A DNA stretch of 64,000 bases from Octopus vulgaris (taxonomy: Eukaryota), in assembly GCA_951406725.2 (NCBI GenBank), contig OX597829.1, positions 51,646,001 through 51,710,000 of the forward strand. The letters run 5' to 3'. The notes beneath the pieces were generated by a model, which searched no databases, had not been told where the DNA came from, and saw nothing but the letters and a program-made list of their open reading frames with translations. Positions 40,841 through 54,161 of the stretch are shown piece after piece (position 1 is the first letter of the stretch; each line of letters starts with the position of its first letter). Both the position numbers and the translations under genes were made by a program.

Positions 40841-40885
40841 AAACTGTCCGATGAACGGCAACGGGAAACTCAGAGTAACAGGTTT
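40841..40885 (+). ncRNA. Minimal hammerhead-like motif (core variant CCGATGA)
   Basis: aaaCTGT-CCGATGA-aCG gcaa CGg-GAAA-CTCaGAG-TA-ACAGgttt. Confidence 0.5.
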
Positions 40886-41069
40886 TGTTGAATTTTCTGC
40901 TGCTTTAAATAAAGCATATTACTCTACCACTGATATTTGAGTACTCTTTTTTCCACCTTCTTTCACATTTATGTGTTTACTCCGTATATATATATATATA
41001 TATATCAGTCGCTATGATAGATCAGTAGCCACTACACACATTTTTTTTTCTCTCCTTGTTTTTTTCTGT

Positions 41070-41111
41070 GTCCCTTTCTGTAGAAGAGCGTAGGCTCGAA
41101 ACGTAAAAGAC
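41070..41111 (+). ncRNA. Minimal hammerhead-like motif (core variant CTGTAGA)
   Basis: CTTT-CTGTAGA-a-GAGC gtag GCTC-GAAA-CG-TA-AAAG. Lies in a repeat (41020-41200) with a decayed second copy at 42010-42185. Confidence 0.5.
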
Positions 41112-41199
41112 TTTTTCTATTCCTGAGCGATATACTAATACATTTGTTTGTTTGTACACCACCTGCCTTCGTCTTTTGTTTTTTTCGTAAACTCTCCCT

Positions 41200-41610
41200 A
41201 TCATCATCATTGTTTAACGTCCGCTTTCCATGCTAGCATGGGTTGGACGGTTCAACTGGGGTCTGGCAAGCCCGAAGGCTACACCAGGCCCAGTCAGATC
41301 TGGCAGTGTTTCTACAGCTGGATGCCCTTCCTAACGCCAACCACTCCGAGAGTGTAGTGGGTGATTTTATGTGCCACCGACACAGGTGCCAGACGAGGCT
41401 GGCAGACGGCCACGCTCGGATGGTGTTTTTTATGTGCCACCGACACAGGTGCCAGACGAGGCTGGCAGACGGCCACGCTCGGATGGTGTTTTTTATGTGC
41501 CACCGACACAGGTGCCAGATGAGGCTGGCAGACGGCCACGCTCGGATATGGTGTTTTCGGTGTTTTTCTTATGTGCCACCGACACAAGTGCCAGACGAGG
41601 CTGGCGAACG
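41200..41610 (-). mobile_element. RTE-tail SINE-like element with internal ~64-bp tandem repeats
   Basis: Tail followed by 3.5 units of atgtgccaccgacacaggtgccagacgaggctggcagacggccacgctcggatggtgtttttt. Confidence 0.85.
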
Positions 41611-42282
41611 ATGTGTGTGTGTGTATGTGTATATATACATACACACATATGCATATTTATATTCATATACATACTTATATACAAACACATAACACCTGAA
41701 CACAGACAATATATACATACACGCACAACATACATAGACAAAAATAACTTTTTGCCTGCATACATACACCATATACATGCATACTGTTTGGTCATAGACA
41801 CACACACCACATGAAAAAGCTCACATCAACTGCTACACACAACCCATGCACACACTCACCCTTATTTACACATAGACACACGCATGCATCTGCTCTCATT
41901 GGGATCACTAGCACTATTATTATCTGCCTTTCATTCAACCTCTTTTTTTATTGTTATCTCCCTTTCTTTCACCCTCTTTTTTCCTAATCATTCATCATGT
42001 TGGACTGCTGAACACTACATGTTCTTTTTTTCATTCTCTTTGTTTATTTCTTTTTATTCCTTTCTATTGAGAAGTGTAAGCTTGAAACATAAAAGATATT
42101 TTCATCTTCCCCATGCACCAAACTAATACACTTGCTTGTTGTTCATACACCTGTCTTCGTCTCTTGTTTATCTATAAATTTCAACTGTGCATATATACTT
42201 CATATATATATATATATATATATACAAACACACACACATATATACATATATATACATACATGCATGCACACATAGATTCATT

Positions 42283-42505
42283 ATGGCTGCCCCCTCGTTA
42301 TGGCCATTGCTTAACTGGCCTGAAGCTTAACTGTTACTGGTGCTGTGACTTTTTAGCCCAGCCAAAGATCTACAATGTCTTGTACAAAATTGGCAACTAA
42401 AACCTTTACCGGTAATAGCCAGCTGTAGTTGTAACTGGGCTTCATGTACCTTTGCATGTCATTTAAGTCCTCCAACCGAATTACACTCTCTTCCACATGC
42501 CCGAC
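42283..42505 (-). mobile_element. Short relative of the 35812-36462 element
   Basis: atggctgccccctcgttat…gaagcttaactgtta is the reverse of its 3' end. It ends in gacatacatacata. Confidence 0.6.
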
Positions 42506-42914
42506 ATACATACATACATACATAAGTAAATAAATATATAAATAATTTCTAATATTAAGGACTTATAAGCAGTATGTTCTCGGATACATGCAGAAAATAC
42601 AGAGTTACAGATAATAATTCCACCAAGAATGAAATCACATGTTTAGGTGTTTCATCTCTTTTTTCAACAAGGACATGTGGACACACAAACACACACACAG
42701 TAGGTTGTAAGTTGGTGCTGTTATGTGTGATTTACCATAAAGTGACAAAATTACACAATATCAAATGGCATGAAAAAGCAATTGTTGACTAGAAGCTTTG
42801 TCATAATTTTAAGTTTAAATTTTTAATCGCTATTTAAAACAAACACAAACCAAGATTAGTTTTAATGGCTTAACTAATTTGCATATCCTGCATCAATTGG
42901 TAATATGATTAAAT

Positions 42915-43293
42915 CTTTTATTTGTTTTAATCATTGAATTGCAGCTATGCTGGGGACACTGCTTCCAAGGGTTTTAGTGAAACAAAAATAAACCCATGCT
43001 AATTTTTTAAACCTAATATTTATTCTATCAGTCCTTCTTGTTGAACAGCTAAGTTATAGGGATGTAAACAAACTAACACTGGCTGTCAAGTGGTAGTGTG
43101 GTGGTGGTAGACAAACACAACCACACGTGTGTGTGCGCGCACACACACAAATCATGGTCTTCTTTCAGTTTCCATCTACCAAATCCACTTACAAGACATT
43201 GGTCAGTCAGGGGCTACAGTAGAAGAAACTTGCCCAAGTTGCCACACAGTGGGACTGAACCTAAAACCATGTGATTCTTAACCTCACAGCCAC
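42915..43293 (-). mobile_element. OR2-like SINE (older copy)
   Basis: Family structure is recognisable. Confidence 0.8.
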
Positions 43294-43561
43294 CCCAAGG
43301 TGTATTAAACATAAAAACTCAAGATAAATGCAATACAGTAAAACTATAGGCCTTCATTGTAGAACTTTGTGAGACATAGACCTTGTAATTCATTTCACAC
43401 ACAGAAAAGTGCTTATTCTCTTTGTATAAAACATATTAGGATAATCTTCAGAGAATTTTTCCATGTTTAAAGAGAATAATGATATGTATTTATATCTATC
43501 TGTCTTTCAAAGCAAAGGCTTGAAAAAATATTTCTTAGGTTTAAATTAAATTTATCTTACA

Positions 43562-44071
43562 CTAGCAGTGCCGCCCAGCGTTGCTCGGGTTTGTAAGGGA
43601 AATAACTATATAAGCATTTTTAGAGAGTTACTTCCCTTATAGATGCCAATTCGGGCTTTCTTAGCCATTTCTGTTTTGGTGTCTTCAAGCCATGAAGTCG
43701 TTCTAAAAGAACGCTGGTCTCTTTGACAACGCTTTACTACGTTGATTTGCTTACACTCCCTTCCCCACAGCTTCACGAGGGAGGGAAGAAGGGGGAGAAG
43801 CAAACAGGTGCAGGTGTGACCATGGACGCCAACTCCGCCGCCATCGACACACGAAAAATTATGCATTAAAATGGAATAAAAAATGATGTTAAATTATTTT
43901 TAAAATCGTAGACTCATCGTAGACGCGCGCTAATAGCCAGACGGGCTCAATATGAATCACGACTATAAGATACCCGAATTTGGTTAAACTGCACCGCAAA
44001 ATGTGGGAGTAGTTAGGAATCTAAATCGAAGGGGACAGACACTCACACAACTACAGTTTTATATATATAGA
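43562..44071 (-). mobile_element. Non-autonomous Helitron
   Basis: On the minus strand: A|TC start, subterminal hairpin CCCGAGCAACGCTGGG and CTAG|T end. Confidence 0.88.
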
Positions 44072-44159
44072 TTTTCTAATATATACTGTGTTGTACCTAA
44101 AAACATTTATTAATATGTGAGTCTGTGAACATTCATATCACCATATTCCCTTCCATATC

Positions 44160-44250
44160 AGCTAACTCTGATGAGCGTAAAGTTACATAATCAGTTTGTT
44201 ATGCATCACCCCATTGTATTCTCTACACGAAATTGATTTGTAAGATCAGT
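44160..44250 (+). ncRNA. Hammerhead motif, second copy of the 27272 family
   Basis: CT-CTGATGA-GcGTA…TACaC-GAAA-ttgatttg-TA-AGa. Flanks are homologous to 27250-27390. Confidence 0.55.
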
Positions 44251-45634
44251 CGTAATGGATATTTAATACTATACATTTCAAATAATATATATATATTATT
44301 GTGTCTGTGGACAGTCGTTCTCTTTTAGTGCCTCATTACTTAACACACACACCGGTTCAATTTCCACTCATTTATTATTTATTTTTTCTGAAATCGTCAT
44401 TGCTTCTTGCAACCTCTTCAATAGTTATTGACTGTTTGTTATCGGAGCTGCATTCTTTTTGTTTGTTTGTTTGTTTGTGGGCATGTGTATGTACATATGT
44501 ATGTATGTGTATGCATATATGTGTATGTATCTGTGTGAATGCATTTATATATGTATATGTGCGTGTATGTTTGTATCTATGTATTCTGCATATTCATGTG
44601 TTTGTATGTGTCTGTGTTTTTTGAGAGTGCACCTCTGTCTCCTTGTTTGTGCATGTTTGAGTTTGTCTATGTGTATAGGTTTGTGTGACTATGTACGTGC
44701 ATCTGTTATGTATGGATGTGTGTCACCATATGTGTCCGTCCGTGTGTGTGTGAAGTGTGCTTGTGTGTATATGGTCATGTGTTTCAGTCTTCATTTGTGT
44801 ATGTATGTGTGTGCACACATAATACATCTGAATATAATATCCAAAGTTTCCAGCCTACTCTTGAGTTTTAAGTTGGGCTGGGCTGTTCACATCAGTCATG
44901 TACAGTTCAGCTAGGGAGGATACTCACGGCAGGCTATCAACTTTTGATATAATACAAAAACACGCTTATATATGTGTGTTTGCAGCTTTATCTTTTACTT
45001 CAAGTCATTGGACTGTGGCCATGCTACAACACCACTTTGAAGGGTTTAGTTGAAAAAGAAAACAACTCCATTACTTTTTTTTTTAAAACCTAGTACTTAG
45101 TGGCTTGCCAAAAGAGATTGATAGACTAAGTTATTCGGAAATAAACAAACCAACATCAGTTGTCAAGCAATGTAAGGGGGTAAATATACACACACATATA
45201 TATTTGCAATAAGACTTGTCAAGCCATGTAAAATTGCTGTCTTCCACAAATACACATACATAGGTGCTGGTGCCACATAAAAAGCCCCCATACCGGAGCT
45301 GTATAAATGCACTTGTGCCAGTGGCACATAAAAAGCACCCAACTGTAGAAACCATGCCAAAACAGACAATTAGGGTCAGGACAGTTACCTGCTAGCCAGT
45401 TCCATGCAAACTGTCCAACCCATGCCAGCATGGAAAGCAGATGTTAAACAATGATGATGATGATGACAATGGGCTTCCACACAGTTTTCCTCAACCAAAT
45501 TTACTCACAAGTTATTGGTTGACCTGATGCAATGTTAGAAGTCAGCTGCCCAAGGTGTGGCACAACATACATGTGCATGTGTGTGTATATTTATGTATGT
45601 ATGTACATGTGTGTATATTTATGTATGTATGTAC

Positions 45635-45676
<42 letters not shown>

Positions 45677-45699
45677 TTTTATAATTATGAGTATAATTA

Positions 45700-45867
45700 T
45701 AATTAGGGTTCAGCAAAACATTTGCTTCACCACATACCGAAATTTAGAAATAGCAGCCAAAACTAGCTATTTCTCTATTTTCCTTATGGTAGAGAAATAG
45801 CTAGTTTTGGCTGCTATATCTAAATTTTGGTATGTGGCGAAGCAAATTTTTTGCTGAACCCTAATTA
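45700..45867. repeat. Fold-back palindrome with ~78-bp arms and a 12-nt loop
   Basis: taattagggttcagcaaaa…ctagctatttctcta / tagagaaatagctag…ttttgctgaaccctaatta. Confidence 0.95.
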
Positions 45868-46263
45868 GCGCCGCCTCAACTGGCTTCTGTGCCGGTGGCA
45901 CATAAAAAGCACCATCTGAACGTGGCCGATGCCAGCACCGCCTCGACTGGCTTCTGTGCCAGTGGCACATAAAAAGCACCATCCGAACGTGCCGAGGCCA
46001 GCGACGCCTTGGTTGGCTTCTGTGCCAGTGGCACGTTAAAAGCACCAACCGATCATGACTCCCCTGGCACCTGTGCAGGTGGCACGTAAAAAGCACCCAC
46101 TACACTCACAGAGTGGTTGGCGTTAGGAAGGGCATCCAGCTGTAAAAACACTGCCAGACCAGACTGGAGCCTGGTGCAGCCTCCTGGCTTCTCAGACCCC
46201 GGTCGATCCGTCCAACCCGTGCTAGCGCGGAAAATGGACGTTAAACGATGATGATGATGATGA
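45868..46263 (+). mobile_element. RTE-tail SINE-like element with internal tandem units and (ATG)n
   Basis: Repeated ggcttctgtgcc.gtggcac.taaaaagcacc units, then the family tail. Confidence 0.85.
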
Positions 46264-46841
46264 ATTATAAAAATATTTGTTTAAGTTTACTGATAACGGT
46301 TCTTTTAACATGCCAAACTACTTGATAAAATTATTAATTATTAATTAATTAATTAATTTTACCCTTTATCATTATTGATATATATATATATATATAGTTT
46401 TCTAATAGTTTTTATAGATTGATCTTCAATTGAACTTAGCAACTGTGTAAATTTGGATCCTGGACATTGTTATCATATTGTTGTTTTAATGTTCCTGTTT
46501 TGTCTTACGTTGCCTTTTCAAAAATACGTTCATGCTGTTTTTTTGTACGTTTATCATGAATGTCAAGATGAGCCGAAAGTAGGATTCTCAGGCTAAACAG
46601 GAAGGGCAACCGAACAATAAAAGTTTGTCATATATAAGAGTTGGTTAAAAAAATGTCTGAGGATGGGATTCAACTATTTTGGACAACAGGTAGGAGCCTC
46701 ATCGGATAGTGTTACAGCCAGTCAAGTTTGATAAGGCAGGAATGCCAATCAATGAGTCTTTCCTCTTGATTATTTCTTAGATAATTAGATGATCAATTTA
46801 AGATGCTGTTAATGAATCTAAGATCAACTCTGATCCAGTTG

Positions 46842-47437
46842 ATATATATGTATACATACATACATATATATACATATAATATATACACACATATATATGT
46901 ATATACACATATGCATGTATATATCCTTATACATACATACATCCTTATATATATATGCATATATACATACACATATATATATATGCATGTATATATACAT
47001 ATATACATACATACATACATATATGAATATATACATGCATACACACATATATGCATATATACATGCATACACACATATATATATATATGCATATATACAT
47101 ATATATGCATATGCATATATACATACATATGCATATATACATACATACATATATACATACATACATATATACATACATACATACATATATATATTATATA
47201 TATATTGCATACATATACATATATACATACATACATATATACATACATATATATATATATTATATATATATTGCATACATATACATATATACATACATAC
47301 ATATATATATTGCATACATATACATATATACATACATATTATATATATATTGCATACATATACATATATACATACATATACATATATACACACATATCCT
47401 CCCATATATACATGTGTGTGTGTTTGTATATATATAT
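46842..47437. repeat. (TA)/(CATA) low-complexity tract
   Basis: Directly visible. Confidence 0.95.
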
Positions 47438-47440
47438 CCA

Positions 47441-48321
47441 CAGTGTGCAGTGAATATATTGTCGTCTAAATTACATAAAAATGAAAATAACACTGACATC
47501 TCATTTTAACAGATATATTTAATCAAAATTACATAAAAATATCTTGAGTAAATTTATTCAACAAAATCACCATTGGCTTCAACCACAGCCTCCAGACGAC
47601 TTTGGAGTCTCCTGCAATTCTTCTGGATGGTCTCCTTGTTTAGGTTGGTGAATGCTGCCATAATCCTTTTCTTCAGCTCATCTTTGGTGTTACAAGGAAT
47701 TTTGTTGGTTTCTTACTCAGCAGTATTCCACACATAATAATCAAGGGGGATGCAGTGTGGGGGGTTAGACGGCCGGATGTTAGGGGTGATGAGGTTGCAG
47801 AAATTGTCTGACAGCCATGACTGGGTTCTCCTGCTTGTGTGACATGGTGCAGAGTCCAGTTGCCAGACATAGGGCATTCCAGAAGCCACCTTCTTGACCC
47901 AGGGCAGCACTACCTCCTTCAAGAACTTGATGTAGGCCTCCATGTTGAGTCTGAGGCCATGTGGGATGATGAATGGAGGCAAAATGTTGCTATCACTAGT
48001 GATCACTCCAAACACCATGATGTTAACTGATGTTTGATTTTTATCACTCTCGGTACATGCTTCGGAGACGCAGCAAGCCAATGGTTTTTTTTCTGTGTGT
48101 TCACAATCTGTTCATATTGGAGCATCCGGTGTGAATGCCAAGCAGTACAGCATGTTGTTTCCAAATTCCTGGCAGACTGAATTGTGTCATGGTGCTGTTT
48201 TTCTCACAGATGGTGCCCAACTGACCCTACCATACTGCGTAGTCAACAAAATCAAAAACAAACAATGCATATGTGCGAAATTAAAAATATAAAATGGCAA
48301 CAATTTACCTATTGCACCCTG
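47441..48321 (-). mobile_element. Internally deleted maT/DD37D-like Tc1-mariner transposon
   Basis: Imperfect TIRs cagtgtgcagtgaatatattgtcg / caacaatttacctattgcaccctg. ORF 47713-48081 contains IMVFGVITSD…YVWQLDSAPCHTS…PSNPPHCIPLDYYVW. Confidence 0.88.
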
Positions 48322-48498
48322 TGTATATATGTATATAGGCATGGCTGTGTGGCGAGAAGATTGCTACCCAATCGCATGGTTCCAGGTTCAGCCCCACTGC
48401 TTGGCACCTCAGGCAAGTGTCTTTTACTATAGCCTTGGGCTGACCAAAGCCTTGTGAGTGGATTTGGTAGATGGAAACTGAATGCCTGTCATATATAT

Positions 48499-48695
48499 AT
48501 ATTTTATAATTAGGGTTCAGCAAAGATTTGCTTTACCACATACCGAAGTTTAGAAATAGCAGCCAAAGAACCCTAATTATAAAATATTACTTAAGTTTAC
48601 CGAGAAATGGCCCTTTTTCATGCCAAATTCTACTTGGTGAAATTATTGATTACTAGTTAATTAAATAATTTTACCCTTTGTTATTATTGATAATA
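48499..48695. repeat. Collapsed relative of the 45700 fold-back element
   Basis: 20-bp perfect inverted repeat (48499-48518 / 48568-48587). Downstream sequence is homologous to 46265-46380. Confidence 0.8.
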
Positions 48696-48948
48696 TAATT
48701 TTGTATGTATGTATATATATATATGTGTGTGTGTATATATATATATAATGCACACGTGCAGACGAAGCATTCCTGTCATGACCATCCTGTATTTTTTTTT
48801 TCTAACTAAATACTTCTAGACTACTTTATTTGCTGTATCCTGTTTCTTTCTTTATTTTTCCCTTAAGAAATTTAGATATATTTTGAGGGAGATTCCACTG
48901 CTAAACCTATTAGAGGCTCTCTCAGATCTCAACAACAGAAAAAGTTAA

Positions 48949-49168
48949 CCCTTTTGTTACCATATTTCTTTTGAAATGCATTATCTGTTTTTCAACTGTT
49001 TTTTAAAATTGGTGAATTTAGTAGAATAGTTTTGTGATTATTAAGCAGAATTTTTGAATATAAATTAATATGAAGTTTTGAAGAAAGGCTTTAAATAAAC
49101 CAGTTTTATAGCAGGGAGTTTGTATAATTGAATCAGGGGTAGTCTCAAGTGGGTTGGTATCAAAATGG
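48949..49168. mobile_element. Possible second piggyBac-type MITE family (degenerate)
   Basis: TTAA|CCCTTTTGTTACC start and an imperfect ggtatcaaaatgg end. Confidence 0.45.
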
Positions 49169-49514
49169 TGGGCTACTAAGGGCCACATAGTTGTAAGTTC
49201 TAGACTTATCGAATCTGTTGATATTGTTCTGTGCTCCTGATCAAGGTACATAACTCTGCTGATTCTGGTCTGCTTGATCAGAATTATTTGTGTGTGAAAG
49301 TAAACTCAGGGGAATTTAGATCAGATGCAAGGCAGACATCAAAATAAGAGTAGAGTCCTTTTATTTATTTATTTTATTTGTTTATTTGTGTATTTTAAAC
49401 TTTTATTTAGCCCAAAAATGACCGGTGTCAGTGGTTCCTTGCGGCCCTCTCAGACATGTTAGATTAACATAGTAGCACGTTCAGTTTTAACTTGTGCAAT
49501 TTTTACCTTCCTGT

Positions 49515-49822
49515 CTTTTATTTGTTTCAGTCATTGGACTGTGGCCATGCTGGGGCATCGCCTTGAAGAATTTTTAGCCTGGTATTTATTCTACGTGTCT
49601 CTTCTGCTGATATCAGTTGTCAAGCAGTGGTGGGGGGCAAACAGACACAAAGACACACACACATGACAAGGTTCTTTCAGTTTCTGTCTACCAAATCCAC
49701 TTGCAAAGCTTTGGTTAGCCCAAGGCTTTAGTAGAAGACACTTGCCCAAAGTGCCACACAGTAGGACTGAACTCCGAACCATGTGGTTGGGAAGTAAGCT
49801 TCTTACCACACAGCCACGTCTG
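49515..49822 (-). mobile_element. OR2-like SINE with internal deletion
   Basis: Head and tail motifs are present. Confidence 0.8.
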
Positions 49823-50294
49823 CACTACAAGTTAGTGTTTTACCCTCAAAACAACCCTGATAGATGAAGCAAACTTATGATTAAATGTAATCCAACCATG
49901 ACCAAATCATCTTTTTAGAGGTTATGTCTAATACTTCATTATGTTTAATGAGTTACTTTTTTAAAATTAAACATGATTGGTCATGGTTTGATGGAGATTT
50001 GACTATTACTTCTACCAGGTCTAGTGACCACATACAGACTCTCACATTGGCTCATATATATATATATATACACATTAATGCTGATTAGATGTGAGTTGAG
50101 GAAAAAAAAATGTTGGCTACTATTTCTAGCAGTTCTTGCGACCACATAGTCTCCTCAAAGCCTAATGAGAAACATAGGTAGAGGGAAAGGTGATACAGAG
50201 CAAACTAGAGTTACAGTTGTTGTGGAAGAAAGATTGGGTAAAACAATTATTTAGGGTGGAATTTAAATAATGTGACATTGTGCAAATGACAATG

Positions 50295-50625
50295 TAATAA
50301 CAATGAACTTATTGTATACAGTGCTCAGAAAATGTAGCCGAAAACTGCATGAACTGCACATAGAATATGCACAGGAAGTGAACCGTGAAAAAGTCTTCAA
50401 AAACAAAAAAAAAATGAGGGTGAAGTGCATCAGATGTACTGTTGATGAATTTCAGGAAGCATGGAAGTTTTGAAGGATGTAGTGTCTCGACAGCGAACAA
50501 CTGATGCAGGTAATTTATTCCATGCTTCAGGGAAAGGGTGGTGCCTGGAGGAAGAAACTGGGACAGTGATACTACACAGCTGGCTAGTTCGGTGACACAG
50601 GGACAGCAGTAGAAGAGACACAAGG
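50295..50625 (-). mobile_element. 3' end of a CR1-like LINE
   Basis: WNKLPASVVRCRDTTSFK (the CR1 WNxLP…SFK motif), then a 3' UTR ending ctgagcactgtatacaataagttcattgttatt. Confidence 0.7.
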
Positions 50626-51067
50626 GAGATAAAAGAGTGCTAGTGAATATGGGAAATAGTTAGTGTTTAGCCCTAGGTCAGTCATAATCAAAGGCATTCC
50701 AGCTATGACAATCCAGCCTTCTTTTTCCTGTTTCAAGGAAGACTTGGTAACATCTCCCAGTATCCTTCTCGAAAACAGTGGGATTTGAGAAAGATTTGAC
50801 TGCTATTTCTAGCAACCACAGAGTCACTTTTATTGATACATAGTGGCTGTAGTATATTGATGACATAATGGTCATGACTGAAACTTGAGAAAAAAATCAA
50901 GAAGCTAATCCCAGTTTGGGACTTGTGGGTTTGGCAATGTCACACAGATGGTGTTTCCTTGTACCAAGTAAGTGACTCAATTTCTCACACTCCATGGAAG
51001 GGAGTGAAGTGATTTTTACACGGTTAGTCGACTTGCTAGAAATGCCAGATAAATCTTCTTTATGTCA

Positions 51068-52260
51068 TCTTTTATCTTTTCCTTGTTTCAGTCATTAGAC
51101 TGTGGCCATACTGGGGCACTGCCTTTAAGAATTTTTTAGTTGAATGAAGTGACTTCAGTACTTATTCTATCGGTTTCTTTTGCTGAACTGCTAAGTTACA
51201 GAGACATAAACATCACAACACTGGTTGTCAAGCGGTGTGTGTGTGTGTAACAAACACAGACACACACACATATATGATGGGCTTCTTTTAGTTTCTGTCT
51301 CTCAAATCCACTCAAGGTCTTTCTTGGCCCGAGACTATAGTGGAAGACGCTTACCCAAGGTGCCATGCAGTAGGACTGAACCAGGAACCATGTGGTTGGT
51401 AAACCAGCTTCTTACCACACAGCCACGCCTGTGCCAAACATCTCATGTGAAGAAAGGATAAGTTAGATAATGTAGTCTTAAATAAATAAAATGTTATAAT
51501 TAAACTGGAATGGCTAAATAGCTGGCTTTTGCCTAATTTTTTTCCTTCAATTTTTCATTATAAGCACAGTCATGGCTTTGTGGTTAAGAAGTTTACCTCC
51601 CAACCGTATGGTCTTGGGTTCAGCCCTACTGCATGGCACCAAAGCCTTGTGAGTCGATTTAGTAAACGGAAACTGAAAGAAGCACATCATATATATATGT
51701 GTGTGTGAGTGTGCGTTTCTCCCCTACTACCACTTGACAACAGGTGTTGGTGTGTTTATGTCCCTGTAACTAAGCAGTTCAGCAGAAAGAGATCAGTAGA
51801 ATAAGTAGGTACCAAGCTTTAAAATAAATAGTGTATTCTGTTCATTCACATATTACTCTTTACTCTTTTACTTGTTTCAGTAATTTGACTGCGGCCATGC
51901 TGGAGCACCGCCTTTTAATTGAGCAAATCGACCCTGGGACTTATTCTTTTGTAAGCCCAGTACTTATTCTATCGGGCTCTTTTGCCGAACCACTAAGTAA
52001 CGGGGACATAAACACACCAGCATCGGTTGTCAAGCAATGCAAGGGGGACAAACAGACACACAAACACACGCACGCATATATATATGTACATATATATGAC
52101 GGGCTTCTTTCAGTTTCCGTCTACCAAATCCACTCACAAGGCTTTGGTCGGCCCGAGGCTATAGTAGAAGACACTTGCCCAAGGTGCCACGCAGTGGGAC
52201 TGAACCCGGAACCATGTGGTTGGTAAACAAGCTACTTACCACACAGCCACTCCTGCACCT
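51068..52260. mobile_element. Cluster of three OR2-like SINEs: (-) 51068-51433, (+) 51563-51830, (-) 51857-52260
   Basis: Family motifs in alternating orientation. Confidence 0.85.
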
Positions 52261-52432
52261 GTTATTGTATTGTTATTTATACACAAATATGTACAAATAA
52301 CCTGGTGTAGGACTCAATACAGTAATCCTTTGCCATATTGTGGTTTATCAAGCTTACGTCGATTCCTCATTGGTGTTGTTTTGCATTTATAATAAAATAG
52401 ATATATACAAATTATTAAAAAAAATAAAACAA

Positions 52433-52600
52433 AAGGTGGAGGAGGAGATTGGGAGGGTTGGTTTGGAAGAGGAGGATGCCCAAAACTGGGTAAGATGGCG
52501 GAGATTGTAGGAGGGCGGTGGCTATGGCACTGAGGTAGATCTGGCCACCCCCATTAACGGGGACAAAAACTGGATTTAAAACACTGGATGACGATGATGG
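52433..52600 (+). mobile_element. 3' end of another RTE-like LINE
   Basis: VEEEIGRVGLEEEDAQNWVRWR, then the hairpin cccc attaac gggg and a (GAT)n tail. Confidence 0.6.
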
Positions 52601-52732
52601 ATGTACGTATGTGTGCATGTGTACCTTTGTATATATATATATATATATTAAATAATAATAATAATAATAATAAAACATTGTGTACAGTGCTCAGATGCAC
52701 TACAACTGATCTAAAGTATATGTATAATCAGG

Positions 52733-52768
<36 letters not shown>

Positions 52769-52844
52769 TTAATGAATGTATTATTTTATGTGAGTGCATG
52801 TGAATAAGCAAATTACATGTTATGTAAAATACAAGTAAAATTCT

Positions 52845-53233
52845 TTAACTTGTTCCAGTCATTTGACTGCAGCCATGCTGGAGCACCGCCTTTAGTCAAG
52901 CAAATCGACCCCAGGACTTATTCTTTGTAAGCCTAGTACTTATTCTATTGGTCTTTTTTGGCGAACTGCTAAATTACGAGGATGTAAACACACCAGCATC
53001 GGTTGTTAAGTGATGTTGGGGGGGGGGGACAAACACAGACACACGAACACACACACATATATATATACGATGGGCCTCTTTCAGTTTCTGTCTACCAAGT
53101 CCACTGACAAGGCTTTGGTCGGCCCGAGACTATAGTAGAAAGCACTTGCCCACGGTTCCACACAGTGGGACTGAACCTGGAACCATGTGGTTAGTAAGCA
53201 AGCTACTTACCACACAGCCACTCCTGTGCCTAT
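52845..53233 (-). mobile_element. OR2-like SINE
   Basis: Full family structure. Confidence 0.88.
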
Positions 53234-53768
53234 GAAACATCTATTAAATCACTCTGAATATACATACATACATACATACAAACGTACGTACATACATGCA
53301 GTTTTGAGGTTACTATTGTTACTCTGAGTTTCACAAATCTTCACCAGTCCCGAAACTAAAAGCAGCACTACAAAGCACAATAGACAAATATTCATGAAAT
53401 GTTTGGGCCACTTCTGCTCAGAACAAAGAAAGCAGTCTTGATGAAAAATGGAGAAGATTTATAATGAAAATAACATGCACTTCTAGCAACTGAAAAGAAG
53501 AGGAAAAAAGGGAAAGCAAAAAAAAAACTAGTAAATAATAAAAGAATACAAACACACATTCATATAAAATAAGACTTATAAACATTTAAATGTACAGACA
53601 CACAGATATGCATCTACATATATCTGTGTAATTAGGAACTTTGCTTTTCAATCACTTGGATTCCAGGTTCAACCCCACTGTATCTAAGTGAATTTGATAA
53701 AAGCTAGAAGTAGACATTGATATGTCTACTTTTAGCTGTGTATATATATATATATATAAATATATATA

Positions 53769-54161
53769 TCTTTATATATAAAAAAGAGGTTGTGTGCTGT
53801 CTGTCTCCTACGATTTAGATTCCTAACTACTCCCACATTTTGCGGTGCAGTGTAACCAAAACCGGGTATCTTATAGTAGTGATTCATATCGAGCCCTTCT
53901 GGGTATTAGCACACATCTACGATGAGTCTACGATTTAAAAAAAAATTTACCATCAATTTTCCCCATTTTTAATGCATTTTTGACATATATAAGGGAAGTA
54001 ACTCTCTAAAAATTTATTAAATCTCAGAACGTAAAAAGCTACAGTAACACCCCCCCTTTGTGGTTAGCCATATTGAGACGGCTATTATACTTTACATCTC
54101 TAAAAATGCTTATATAGTTATTTCCCTTACAAACCCGAGCAACGCCGGGCGATACTGCTAG
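53769..54161 (+). mobile_element. Non-autonomous Helitron, same family as 43562-44071
   Basis: A|TC start, hairpin CCCGAGCAACGCCGGG and CTAG|T end. Confidence 0.88.

Noticed and set aside
46560-46712. GATGAGCC…GGCTAAAC and minus-strand CCGATGAGGC as possible hammerheads
   Set aside because: The cores are incomplete and I cannot draw consistent stems I and III.
49412-49456. Minus-strand CTGAGAG…GACACCGGTC hammerhead-like remnant
   Set aside because: Both core segments are altered and stem I does not pair, so it is too degenerate to call.
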